DNA of 64,000 nucleotides from Podarcis bocagei (lineage: Eukaryota), in the NCBI GenBank assembly GCA_964188305.1, contig OZ076885.1. The stretch is one strand, 5' to 3'. A program made the translations under genes and the position numbers. This document shows positions 37,873 to 50,400 of the stretch, piece by piece (within the stretch, counting starts at the first letter, position 1; the number at the start of each line of letters is the position of its first letter). The notes below the pieces were generated by a model, which worked only from the letters and a program-made list of their open reading frames with translations, had not been told where the DNA came from and did not search any database.

Positions 37873-40055
37873 GGAAACACACCTCTGTGAGGATTTCCCT
37901 TAGACTTCCCATCCGATTGCTGGCTCGCTCAGAGTGCAGACAACTTGGCAATCTCTTCTGCCAAGTTCTTAAAAGTCTCTGCTAAGCATGCATAAGCTGC
38001 AATGTTTTGGAGGCTTCCAATCTGGCCAAATGTGGGCAGATTTTCCTGAGGCCGACAAAAGCAAGGCTCTTGCGTAACACCAAAGTGAGACCTGTCTGTT
38101 GCCAAATTTCAAGTCCTTGCTCCAAAGCACAGAGGTGCTGGAATTTCTCAATGAAAACGTCGGGAGAACTAGGCTTGGGGTTTTTTAAAAAACAAAAAAA
38201 CACACATGCATTTTGTGCCTCGGGCCCATCATTCCCATTATGACTGCAACTTTTTCTTTTTAAAAAATCAGCCCAAGGGAAACACTGGTGACTGCACAGC
38301 TTTTGCATTGATGGTTATAATTGGGCAAAGATATGAGGAACTGGAAATGGTCTTATAGCGGAAAGTTAAGCAACCTCAATAGACGTCATTGGCAGCTTCA
38401 GTTTGAATGAAAGCCGAGTTGGAACATCTAGTGTTACAGTTTTCCAAACTTTTTTTTTAATGGTTTGCCCCCTCATTTCTATGGTTACTATATACAAGAT
38501 CACCAAATCTTGGCAACATAACATCTGTATGGTGCAGTTCAAGTTTGCATACTCTGTGTATCAAGTTTACCACCTAGTTAACTTATCTGAATAACTTCCA
38601 GCAGGTTATCTCTTGCTCTCTTTCATATTGCCAGAAGCAGCAAAGGAAAGGGCAGTGTGGTGTGATAGCTAGTGAACTAGCTTTGGAATGTTCTTATCTC
38701 TACTTGGCTTTAAAGCTTTGAGCAACATGTTCTCATCACTGACAGGATGGTTGTTAGAGAAAGCAAAGGAATAAGAAAGCATGTAATAAATCCATTAATT
38801 ATAAGAAAAAGCGGAATGAAATAGCTTACCTAATTTTCACTGACAAAGAAAAGGAGCTTCTCACATCAGTCCTAATTCTTTTCTTCAAAATTCTCATTAC
38901 CCCCCACCCTTTCTCCCTGTGCATTTAAAAGTACGAAGGACTCATCCACACAGGAGCTAAATTTAGATATGACGCTGTTTGTGCATCTTTTTTGTGGCAT
39001 CCACACAGCATCTTCCTCACCCTGCTAAATTCAGATTTTCTGATCTGCAGATAATCTAATAAGAGAAGAAAATCCAATAAGAAATTGCAAGTTTTCCAAC
39101 TGTGGACACACAAAAACATGTTATGTGAGCAGGTTTTTTTACAGGTGTGCTGGCATTTTGCTGTGTGTCGACCCTGTTGTTGTTGTTTTGCCTACTATGC
39201 AATTTTTTCAATGTGTTCAGTTCTAGAATTATTAATATTTATGACTGTACAGAATAGCATTGACATTGGCTTTCCGTCTCATCAATAACTGCTATTTTGC
39301 CCACTAACCACTACTCCTGGAAAAAATTGGATACTTATTACTTACATACTTTTACTCAGAAAAAAGTTGCACTTTATTCAGTGGGATTTGGTTCTGCATT
39401 AGAGTACAATCCTTAGTATTTAAATAAGTGATCCTGCTTCTTATCCTTGCATGTATATATGCTCATCTATAAGCAGACATCATTCTACAGCACAAAAAGT
39501 TTGTGAGTTGCACAGTCAAAGATTTTGACTATCTCTCTTGGCCTCTCTTTTCCCAAGTTGATCCCAAGTACTCAGAGGAAGTACGAAGTTTTAAAGTAAT
39601 GGGTGCAGATTGCCCCCTACTGTCCAAGGAAAGAAGGGAAAACAACAGAAACTTCATACCAAAAAGCCTTCCAATTAAGAAGTAGCCAATAAAGGATGCT
39701 TCCAGACTGTCACTATTTTGGGGTGGAATTCAGTCACATACCAGCAAATTCAGATTGGACTTTGCAATAAGGAAAGTGATGGTGAAATGCAATGGAAAAT
39801 GTGGAATAATGCTTGATACAACATTATATAACCTCCCTGCAAACAAATCAATATGAATGCTCATTAAATAGCCCCATTAAATCATTAAATAGATGTCGTC
39901 AAATCTCCCCACAAACAAATCAGGATAAATAATAAACAGGTCATCAGAAGCACCCCAATATGTTTTTAAATAAGAATAGAATGGACAATCATTTTGATCT
40001 GAAAGCGGTATAGTAGCATATACCTAGTAGCCAATCAAATTGACAAAAGTAATTA

Positions 40056-40296
40056 CAGTCGTACCTTGGAAGTCAAACAGCCTAGTTCTCGAACATTTTG
40101 GCTCCCGAACTATCAAAACCCAGAAGTGACTGTTCCGGTTTTTGAAGCTGCTTTTGGAAGCTGAACATCCGATGGTGCTTCCACAACTTCCAATTGGCTG
40201 AAGGAGCTTCCTGAAGCCAATCAAAAGCCGTGCTTTGGTTTTGGAAGTCGAACGGACTTCCAAAACAGATTCCATTTGACTTCCAAGATACGACTG
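40056..40296. mobile_element. Tc1/mariner (Tigger-like) MITE
   Basis: 22-bp TIRs CAGTCGTACCTTGGAAGTCAAA / TTTGACTTCCAAGATACGACTG (1 mismatch), TA TSD. Confidence 0.88.
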
Positions 40297-43200
40297 TATT
40301 TATAGCCTGTTCTACAATTGCACTCGGAGCAGCCCTCATTAAAAAATATCATGCAAGTGCATTTTGAAACAATTAAAAATTAAAAGAAGAAAATACAAAC
40401 CAACTTTAAAAACAAAACGAAACCCTAAGTTAGTTTTAATCAGTTAGGAATATTTTTATTGTGTGCAACCAATGACCATTACAATGAAACTCACAAAAAG
40501 CAAACAATCCTATCTAAGAGTAAGTTCTTAAAACATACAGTTCTCATAATCATTTAGATTAAAACAATCACCTTGGCAGTTAAGATTGTGTTGGGTCAAA
40601 AATGTAGCCCATAAGTTTCTCATTGCTAGTAAATGAAAAGCTGTAGTAGAAAACAAAATGAACTACTCAGCCAGCAACCATCTAATTTTGTAGAGAAGTT
40701 TTTAATTGGTCGATTACAAGCTACCTTTTCAGCTCCTGTCTAAAGTAGCTTAGAGAAGAGACCAAGCAGATCTCAACTGCAAGGGCGTTCTGGAGCCAAT
40801 CCCTTTATTTATGCCATGACTATAGAATAAGTTCAGATGGACACACACATCTATTCACAGTATATATACTCATCTGAAAATGTATGTTGAGTGTTTGATG
40901 GGGTTATAACATTTCAATCGGACATTTTCCAAATTTACAATAAATTGTTGATGTCTTTACAAGTCTTCAGGTCATCTCTTAAAGTGGATCAAATCACAAA
41001 TAAGGAACGCAGAACCCTCCAGTTGTTGCTGGACTACAATTCCCATCATCCTTGGCCACTGACCTTGGTGGCTGAAGCTGGAGTGCTACAGGTTCACAAT
41101 CCTTGTTCTAAAGGATATGCTTGTTTTGTGCTGTAGTTAATAAAGATGTATTCATTTTCTTTTAGAGGAGGGATTGGGAACCTGAAGCCCTCCAGAAATT
41201 GTCAGACTCCCAACTCCCAACAGCGCCATTGCACAAACTGGTCTCACAGGATGTTGGATATCTCCTATTATTCAGAACTTTAAACTATGACACTCAGGCT
41301 GTGTACACACTAACCCATTTCTAGCAAAATAATAATAATATAGATTTTCTCTCTAGAATTGTTCATGATCATCCTCAACATGTTGCTTTCAATCTAGATT
41401 GATTCTAGATCCTTCCATCCAGAAGAGTCGGTGTGGTTACCTGAAAAATCCTCCCCTTGATTATTCCCTGCACATACCCCACATGAATGAAGAAAGAAAT
41501 GGTATTGTGATCTTTGTATACACTCCCCCCCCAAAGCATCATTGGACAAGTGTAGATACACCTCTGCATTTCTGGGACCACCTACATCTGTTTTCAAGTG
41601 GACACATATCTGCAGTGAGCTTTTATTTTCAAAATGAAAACAGTTTCCCACGAAGGACTTTTCTGAGGCAGAAAAATATATAGATCTGGACTGTGTGTGA
41701 ACTATGTAAAAAAACAACAAGGTACTCAGTTTCCACAGAATCTAGAAGTAAAGTGTCATGTGTATGCAAACCTCAGACAACCAAGTTAAGTAGAGATCTG
41801 TGTGGTAGATCTTGACTATTCCAAACAATTTATGCAGAAAGCATAGTTGACAGCTACAAAAGAACAGAAGACACAGTTACTTGAGCATGGACAGAGAAGG
41901 ATAAGAAAAATAAAGCCTAACATTCAACATACATATCTTTTTAACATGTAGTATACATAAATATTGGCACCACCTATATGATGTACCAGCTAGCCAGGAC
42001 AAACAGACCGTAGCCTATAAGAGAATGAAAAACAGAGACTTTTTCGACTGTAATACTTCCTTAAGTAAACAAAATGAAGGACCAAATGTTTTTTTCAGGA
42101 CTGATCCCCCCTCCAAAGTGTTTTCCTTTGTAAATACTGTGGATTTTGCCCACCTATGTACCATCAATGTAACTTGTCCCCCACTTCCCAAGTAAGGCTG
42201 AAAGAACAGCTTCGGGGGAAGCCATTTCTGTTGCGGCACAAAGTGGCAGGGGGAGGTTAACCCCCCCTTCATCTAGTACCATTGCCTAAATCTAGTCCTC
42301 GCCCCAAAGAGCTGCATGTAAAGAAAGATTAAGGAGAGGGGAAAGAGCCAATCATGGATTTCCCATGTCAAGTCTGTTTTGGCACTCACAAGAATTACTT
42401 TGGGCGCTCCCAGCAGACTTCTGATTTGTTTCGAGAAACCAAAAATCATCAACCACAAATTTCTTTTAAAGCTCCCCTGAGTTTCGGAAAGTGTTTGCTA
42501 TGCAGTATTGGGAGCAGCTGCTGGAGAAACACAAGACCAAAGCCCCCACTGGGCAACCAGAGTTATTCACAGGGTTCCCTGGACTGTGGCCAACTCAGTT
42601 TAACAGCCTGATTCATAATGCATTTATTTAAGACAAAATACTTGGATTTCTTAATCCCATTGTGTAACTGAGACTCAGTCAGGTTAAATCCAAAGAATTC
42701 AGCTTGCCTTGATTGTGGACTACTGTTAGTATTAGAGGGCAATTAAGTTTCAGATGCTTTAGAGATATTCCTGGCCTTGATTATTGTAGACCACTAATTG
42801 TCCAGGCTGAGCTTTCGGGAGAGTTTGATTTTTGCAACTGGTTTTTATTGAAGAGGTTTATTTTTACTAATGTATATACCCTGTAGTTGATTAAATTGGG
42901 CCTGGATGCAATGAGGTCACCTTTCAGTTCTGTTTTGCAGTATCCGGGTGCCAAGTTTATCCCCAGGTGCTCACTTAAAGCAGGCAAATATTGCCCTCTT
43001 CTGTTTTTTAAAATATATATATGTCAGTTTCTGCTGCCAAGAGATTTTGTTTCAGAAAGGAAATCTATTTGAATTTTATGGATTTTTAGGTATGGGTTCA
43101 GGGATGCTATTTTTTGTTTCTAGGGAGTGAAAAGGGGGGAGGAAAGGGTCAATTTTCAGCAAAGACTGAAGGTGCTGCTTTTGAGGTTGTTTAAAGCTAA

Positions 43201-43855
43201 AATGTAAAATGTGTTTGTTTTTAGGGGGGGGGGTTCTTCCCATCTTTTATAGCACATGTTAATTACTGTAAAAGTAACAAGAAACAGGCAACCACTGAAG
43301 CAAAGCAGACTGTATTTTATAGGAAGGCTGCAAGTGCATACCACAATATCAAGCTTACGTGTTTAAATTGGATTTAAGCACTTGCTTGCCCTAACACAAC
43401 CAATCCACCTTTAAGAAAATCAAGTTCTTGATGTTTAGAAAACGATAGGGAAATGCACAGTGTGAGATGAACAAATTACAGGAAGACGTCTAAACACCCT
43501 ACAAGCAAATGAATATATGAATGCGAATTGTCATGTAGTAGCCCCACAAACAAATCAGAATGAATGTTCAATTAAGACTGGATATAATAGAACCCCCACA
43601 TTAGCTTTGTGTAAAGCAAATCAGGATGAATGCTCAGTCATCTCCAGGGGTTGTTTTGTTATTTATTCCAGATTTCTTCAGCAGCTGTGTTAGAGATGGA
43701 ATAGTTCTACCTATGCTACCCTTTCTACGTGACATTTCATCGAAGTGTACTAGCATACAAATAGCTGGGACCCAAATACCTAAAGAAAGATGTGCACCCT
43801 TTCTGATGCTGGAGGCCCAGACCATGCAAAACATTATAGGTCAGAATCAGCCCCT

Positions 43856-44311
43856 GGATTTATGCATGAGAGTTCTAATAGCACAAGGATGGAAGACTGA
43901 AGAAACCCCAACTAAAGAATCATGGCAAGAAAAATTGATGGACTATGCAGAATTGGCAAAATTGACATATAAGCTACGCGACAAGGATAACTGTGACTTT
44001 AAAGATGAATGGGAACCCTTTCCCATTTGAAGACGCAACAAAGCGAACTGGACTCCTTGGCTGGCTTTGTTCACAAACTTTTCTATTGATGACAACCAGC
44101 TAAATAGTTTGAGAATCTATACAACTGTCTAACATGCAGAAAACAGCATTCTTAGAGAAATCAAAGACTGGAAGTAAGGGAAGCTAGTGGGTGGGTTTTG
44201 TGGGGGAGGGTGGGGGAAGGGAGGAAAAATGGGGACAAAATAAGGATGATATGTTTCTGGATAATATGTTTTGTTTTAATTTTGAATAAAAATGTTTTTT
44301 TTTAAAAAAAA
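43856..44311 (+). mobile_element. 5'-truncated L1-clade LINE (ORF2 C-terminus, G-rich 3'UTR, polyA)
   Basis: Encodes RVLIAQGWKTEETPTKESWQEKLMDYAELAKLT...EWEPF; AATAAA at 44285-44290; A tail; 13-bp TSD AGAATCAGCCCCT (43843-43855, 44312-44324). Confidence 0.88.
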
Positions 44312-44329
44312 AGAATCAGCCCCTAGAAC

Positions 44330-45480
44330 TGCACTTGGACGCCCAAGAGCAAACGGCAGGCGAGAGTCGAGGGCGCAATAGTTCCCGAAGAGTCCGCACT
44401 GTCAAGCGCAGCCTATGAATGCTCGGCTGTCTTAAAGGTCCTCCCGGTCCAACGTGGCAGGAAAACACAACCACGAAGGGCAAGAACAGCTGCTAGCTCT
44501 GGGAGCTTAGCGGTGTGGCCTCTTCCCTCCGGGCAAACCAGGTCCCTGATGTCCGTCTGCCGCGTTAAGAACGTAAGCTCGACGGGTGACAAAAGAGCGA
44601 GAAGAACAACTCGGTGCAGCGCGGCAGAAAGGCTACAGAAACGCATTTGGACCGTAAGGAAAGATCCGCATGTAAGGAGCCTCCTCACACCAAGCGCCCC
44701 CACCCGGCTGCGTTAACTGATGCAGGAGCGCATCGTTGCTCCGGCATCGTCTTAACATAGCGCGTGCGCAGTTGCGCTCTCGTCTCTCCATTCCTCCCGC
44801 CTTCCTAGAAGAAGGCGGTGCGAGAGGCTGAAGCGGGGGCGGGGCTTCCAGAGGATCCTACGCCAGAGCCCAGCCCCACCTTCGCCGAGTGGGAGGAGCG
44901 TGAGCTTGCTTCCTCCGCGCTTGATGGGTCACGTGAACGGAAGTAGGGTTCGATCATTTGCCCCGACCTGCCCGTGCTTGCGTTCTGCTCTCCTAGAAGA
45001 TGACAGCTACGCTGTCCAATGAGGAGGCAGCGTGGGGCGCGCGGAGGTGGGCGGCCTGAGAGCGCGAGTTCGGAACTTTGGTTTGACTTTGGTGGGGAGG
45101 TAAGAGGAGCCTCCTGTGGGGGGGGGGGCGGCTGTAGCCTGGCCGCTAGTTCCTTAAAGCAACCGGCCGCGTGTCTAAGGGCGCTTGAGGCCGCCATAGG
45201 GGGTTGGGAATCAACCGTTAAAGACGTGCTTCTGTCGGTATCCCAAGGCGTTCTTGGGAGCTCCGATGAGGCATTTCCTTCCTCCAGCTTTGGGTTGCCA
45301 ACGTCGGCCCTTCTGGAATGCGCCTGTGCCTCTGGAACGCGCCGGGTGGCAAGGTCACCAGGTGCAGCTTCTGTCCTGAGGCGCTCTTATTTTGTCCAGG
45401 GACAAGAACCCTTCCCCTCTTGCACGCGCTCTTGAAACTGTTACCCTCTTTCTGGACGCCCGCACCCCCAGGGCCAAATC
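44330..45480. promoter_or_regulatory. CpG-island promoter of RAD9A
   Basis: Sharp rise in CpG. NRF1-like GCGCGTGCGCA (44760-44770), GC box GGGGCGGGGC (44836-44845), E-box GTCACGTGA (44928-44936), ETS CGGAAGT (44938-44944), CCAAT (45016-45020). Confidence 0.85.
45050..45099 (+). other. RAD9A: Putative non-coding first exon of RAD9A (5' end approximate)
   Basis: Consensus donor GAG|GTAAGA at 45099/45100, just downstream of the promoter motifs. The ATG exon has a strong acceptor at 47277/47278. Confidence 0.6.
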
Positions 45481-45704
45481 AGTCTGCCTAAGAAACACTG
45501 ATTGTTCTCATGCACAGTTGCCAACGCAGAGAGCTTTCTCGAAAGTGTTAATTGAAAGTGAGAATTGTAGAGGTGGAAGGGACCCTGAGGGTCATCTAGT
45601 CCAACCTCCTGTCATTGGGGGCCACAGTGGCTAGGAGTGCCTTTTTTAAACTTTGGACAGATGCTAATCTTGGTATATAAAGCCCATAAGGCCTTCAGAT
45701 CAGT

Positions 45705-46030
45705 TTGTTGTTGTTGTTTAGTCGTTTAGTCGTGCCCGACTCTTCGTGACCCCATGGACCAGAGCACGCCAGGCACTTCTGTCTTCCACTGTCTCCCGCA
45801 GTTTGGTCAAACTCATGCTGGTAGCTTCAAGAACACTATCCAACCATCTCATCCTCTGTCGTCCCCTTCTCCTTGTGCCCTCCATCTTTCCCAACATCAG
45901 GGTCTTTTCCAGGGAGTCTTCTCTTCTCATTAGGTGGCCAAAATATTGGAGCCTCAGCTTCAGGATCTATCCTTCCAGTGAGCACTCAGGGCTGATTTCC
46001 TTAAGAATGGATAGGTTTGTTCTTCTGGCT
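45705..46030 (-). mobile_element. BovB (RTE-clade LINE) 3' fragment
   Basis: ORF end ISPECSLEG...MRREDSLEKTLMLGKMEGTRRRGRQRMRWLD...HGVTKSRARLND, with a (CAA)n tail. Confidence 0.92.
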
Positions 46031-46262
46031 GCTGATCTGGGAAGGAGAGAAAATAGCAGCCAAGATCTCTCTGTCATCATTATCATCACCACTGGTGGTG
46101 CTGGGGGGGGGGAGGGCAGAAAGTCTGATGTGCAAGCTGTGAGGAGATGGGGAGTGGGTGAGCTGTAAAGGAAGAAGGAGGGACAGGGTGAGTTGTAATG
46201 GGGAGAGGTTAACTGGGATGGTGAGCAACACAAGCAGGGGCATAGGTAAGAAAAGATTAAAC

Positions 46263-46531
46263 CAGGGGTCAGCAGCCTAAGGCCCATGGGCCAGAAGTGG
46301 CCTATAGAGGTTGTTTGACCAGCCCCCGAGCCACCCCCGAACTGAGTTGCCCACTCGTACGCTGCGCTAAACTGGCGCAGCACGGGGACTTGCTTCCATG
46401 GTGCCAGAAATTGCGTCTGCGCAGACGCAGACTCCAAAAATTCCAGGGACTCTCTCATGTGCAATCCAACCCACGGAGGGATCTCCTCTGGACCGATCCG
46501 GCCCAGGCAAGATAAACCTTTCTGACTCATG
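46263..46531. mobile_element. Non-autonomous hAT DNA transposon (MITE)
   Basis: CAGGGGTCAGCA ... TTCTGACTCATG termini; 8-bp TSD GATTAAAC/GATTAAAT. Confidence 0.75.
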
Positions 46532-47415
46532 GATTAAATACTACAAACTGCTAACAGGACACTCAGCAGCATTAATAAATGTGTTCATAATAAAGATTCC
46601 ATGTGCCCTAGATTTTTTTAAAAAAATAAAAGCAATGTTCACGCCTTTTAATGTCTATGCAGATACAGAGGCTGCAGTCCTGGGCAAACTTAGTTGGATA
46701 TGTCCCACTGAATCCAGTTAGACATACTTCTGAGTAAAGAAGGATATGATAAGACAATACTTTAGAAAGATGGAAAAGTATAAACAACTTTTACTCTAAT
46801 GGTTTAAGGGTGTATATTATCCCTCATAGGGCGAATAGCACCTTCCGGGGGAGATGGTTTTAATTTTCAGAATGGCATAGTGCAATCCAAATCCTACAGC
46901 CGTGCAATTTAAATTCTACCTATAGTTCCTATAAACCCTTTAAAGGTATGCCTCATTTAGCTTTTATGTTAATGGGGTAGAGGGGGAATGAATTTTTAAC
47001 CCATTGGGGATCTTACAAAACTTCTGTGACAGAAAATGATTTATTTATTTATTTACAAAATATTAGATTAGAACTTTGCTTTGGAAGGCAACTGTAAAAA
47101 ATAGGAAATAAAAACTCCAGTCGCAATGGGTTATACTTGATTTCAAAGTGTTCTGATGATCGCAATACTAGTGGAGCTTATCCTTGGTCTGTAGAAGCAG
47201 TCTAAGAAATGGTTAGTTGTAACAATGTATATGTGATGTATGTGTACATATACATTCTCTTTCTCCTCACCCCTCAGCATCTACTTGGAGTTCTGGGGAG
47301 TTCTCTCCATTAGAAAACAGAGCTGGCCACAGTGTACTTGGTGAATACACCGGATGTTTAGTTCCCCCCACCTTGTGTCTGGTGTGGGGGAACTTTGAGG
47401 CTTCTCTGCCTTGGC

Positions 47416-47449
47416 ATGAAGTGCACAATTACTGGGGGCAATGTGAAAG
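47416..47449 (+). CDS. RAD9A: RAD9A coding exon 1 ([11 protein letters not shown])
   Basis: ATG at 47416, donor G|gtgagg. The exon probably starts at acceptor cccctcag|47278. Confidence 0.95.
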
Positions 47450-50400
47450 GTGAGGCAAGATTAACTCTTTGGATTTGGGGCGGGCAAAGTTGACTATTGC
47501 TTGATGTTTGACCAGGAAAGGGGCTTCCTGTATGGTTACAGGAAGAAGGGACGCCTCCTGAAATGAGCATCTAAACCTGTGAAGGCAGGAGTAGGGAACC
47601 TGTCATTCTCTAGCTGGACTTCAGTTCCCATCAGAACCAGCAAGGTCATCTGTCAGGGATGATGGGAGTTGTAGTCCATCAATGCATGGACTACAGCTTC
47701 TCTACCCCTGTTATAAGGGGACTTTCCTGATGAGACGATAGCCAGTGAGAAGGTGTGTGTGTTTGTGTGTGTGTGGAGGGTGGGGTTATGATACCTGTAT
47801 GGGAGTGTGACATGAGAAGAATGACACATGTTTTGGCATGTCTGGGGCTTCTGAGTAAATAATAGACCCAGGTGGTTATTTAATAGAAGAGGGATTCTGC
47901 AGGGGATGGTCTCAGCCTGCACAAAAAGGCAGGCTGAGGTGGAATGCAAGATCAGACATCGGAAGAGGCTTACGTTGATCCATACCTGCTCAGTGTTCTT
48001 TTGTCTCTTGTGCAGCCCTGGGGAAAGCGGTGCACTCTCTTTCCCGTGTCGGAGATGAAATTTACATTGAGCCTCTTCAAGAAGGGGTAAGGTGACAGGC
48101 TGGGAGGTGTAGGGAAGGTCTGTCTAGTGTGTTTATTGCTTATAACTCTCAGAATGGAACGTTTATCAGTGAGACATCATCTGCAAGCTAAGTGAGGGGA
48201 GTCTCTGTTGCAGAGCAGCAACACTATCCTGGTATTGCAATCACTCTGCATGGCTGGGGATGGGGTATGCGGCCTTGGACTGCCAGCTCCCACTTGTCCT
48301 GGCCAGCACATCCAGGGGTCAGGGAAAATGGGGGTTGTAGTCCCTCAGCATCCAGAGAGCCACAGGTTCCTCTGGCCTAAGCCATTGCAGCTGTCTCATT
48401 GATCAGCATGTTGTATGTGCCGGGAGCTGTTTGATGATGCAGGTTTGTCCTGTTTTGGAGGCAGCAATGCTGTGTCTTTAGAAAGCAGGATTTGAACTAC
48501 TTAGGACAAGGACAAAGAAGCTAAGAGGGGTGTGGGGAATCTTCTCTGTGACAATGATGGAGTTAATGACACTTCCTATCCTTGTTCCCCCAGCTCTCCT
48601 TGCGTACGGTCAATGCGTCCCGCTCGGCCTATGCCTGCTTCCTGTTTGCCCCGCTCTTCTTCCAGTTCTACCAGCCAGGGGAATCAGAATCTGACTTGGA
48701 TGCAGGTGGTTTCCGGTGCAAAGTGCTCATGAAGGTGAGGGGCCCACATGGGGCTGTTGAAAGGTCAGGATGGGGCAATGCAGGCTTTTATCAGAAGACC
48801 AATGAACTCCAACCTGGTACTTGTTGCCTATAGTTCTCTTTGCAAGCACCAATGATGGCCTGGTCTGCGCAAACACCCCATATGTACCACTTTGTACTGC
48901 AGGTGATAGTGGTGAAAAATCACTGCATAGTTGCAAAAATGGCATGTTAGAGAAGAGGCTTGGCTAAGTAATTCTCTGACATTTAGTTGTTTTTTTCACA
49001 TGCACTATTGTTTTTTTAAGCAAAGCAGCAGGCACTCAGTGGGTTGAGTGGTTGAAATGTGCTCAGTATTGTGCTGCACAGATCCTTCCAAGGATTTTCC
49101 ATCTCCCTAAGTTCTGTTCTGATAAGATGGTGAAGTAATAGGTGTCTCAGTAAGTATTAGAAATGATGCTGAATGGAACTTCTAGGTTGAGGAGCAATAT
49201 ACCTCTGAGTAACAATGCTAAGGGGGAAAAACTAAAGGAAGGACATTGCCTTAATGCCCTGCTTGCTAGCTTCTCAGAAGCATCTAGATAACCATGGTCA
49301 TTGGAAAGCTGCTTTAGATGGATGCTTGGCCTGATTCAGCAGTGCAAGGATAGGTAGAAGAATGGTTTTGGTGTTTGTGTGTTTCAGAGTGGAGGAGAGC
49401 TTTCAATATACAGGTTATTTTTATAAGCCACTGTGATTTTTCACCCTCTGTTGATTGCCACAAATACCTTCCAAGGCTTAAAGAAACGAATGCCTTCCAA
49501 GCTTCATCTGCAGCTCACTTAAGGTCATTGCACTTCCCTATTGTTGCTCAACTAAGTGGCAAGAAAGCAGTATTTGTGCAGACTTTCAAAACTGAATTGT
49601 TTTTACTCCTCCTGGAAGTAACTCTGCCAGAATCAGAGCACCCCAGCTCAGTTCTCTGAGACAAAGTTAGTGGCTTCAGCAGTTGAGTGTTTCCCCCCCC
49701 ATTACATTCATTATATCCCATCTTTCCTCTCTGTGGCATAGGTGGTCTCTGTTTTCCTTCAGTTTTATCCTCATGACAAACCTGTGAGGTAGAACAAGCC
49801 TAGAGATAGTGTCTGGCCCAAGATGACACATTGAAGCTAAGTGGAGATATGAACCTGAGTCTCCCCAGGCCTAGTCAGACACTAACCACTGCCCCACACT
49901 GGTCCTGGCTTTCCCTTTTGAGGAAACCACATACACAGAACTCTGGCTTTCCTTCTCGTTCCCTCCAGTCTTTCCTGGCTATCTTCCGCTCACTCCCCTC
50001 ACTGGAGAAGACGGTGGAGAAATGCCTCATCTCGCTCAGTTCCCATGCTAGCCGGTTCCGCGTGAAGCTGTACTGCAAATATGGTGAGCGTTGGGGGTGG
50101 GGAAGAGGAGGAACCCTACTTGGGTGTGCAGAGTGATACCCTGGAAGATGTAGAATCCTTGAAATGTAGTCTGGGAAGGGACCCAAAGGAATCACAGGAA
50201 TCACAGCTAATATGGTAGGGATAAATATGGCTGAAAGTGTGGCCTTGAGTGCCATCTCCAGTGCAGTCCATCAGGCTGCCGGTACTGAGTTAGGAGACAG
50301 GGCCATGAGGTGTTCCAAATGCATGGGGAGAAAATAATACAACCAGAAAAGGGAGTGAAGATCAGTTTTGTGAGTCATGAGCCCTCTGCCTTGCTTAATC

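Noticed and set aside
43626-44030. 134-aa ORF as a host gene
   Set aside because: Chimeric: flanking DNA read into the L1 ORF2 remnant across the insertion junction.
44340-44800. Possible divergent structured ncRNA (RNase P/MRP/telomerase-like) upstream of RAD9A
   Set aside because: No recognisable conserved boxes, template or Pol III terminator; explained as CpG-island sequence.
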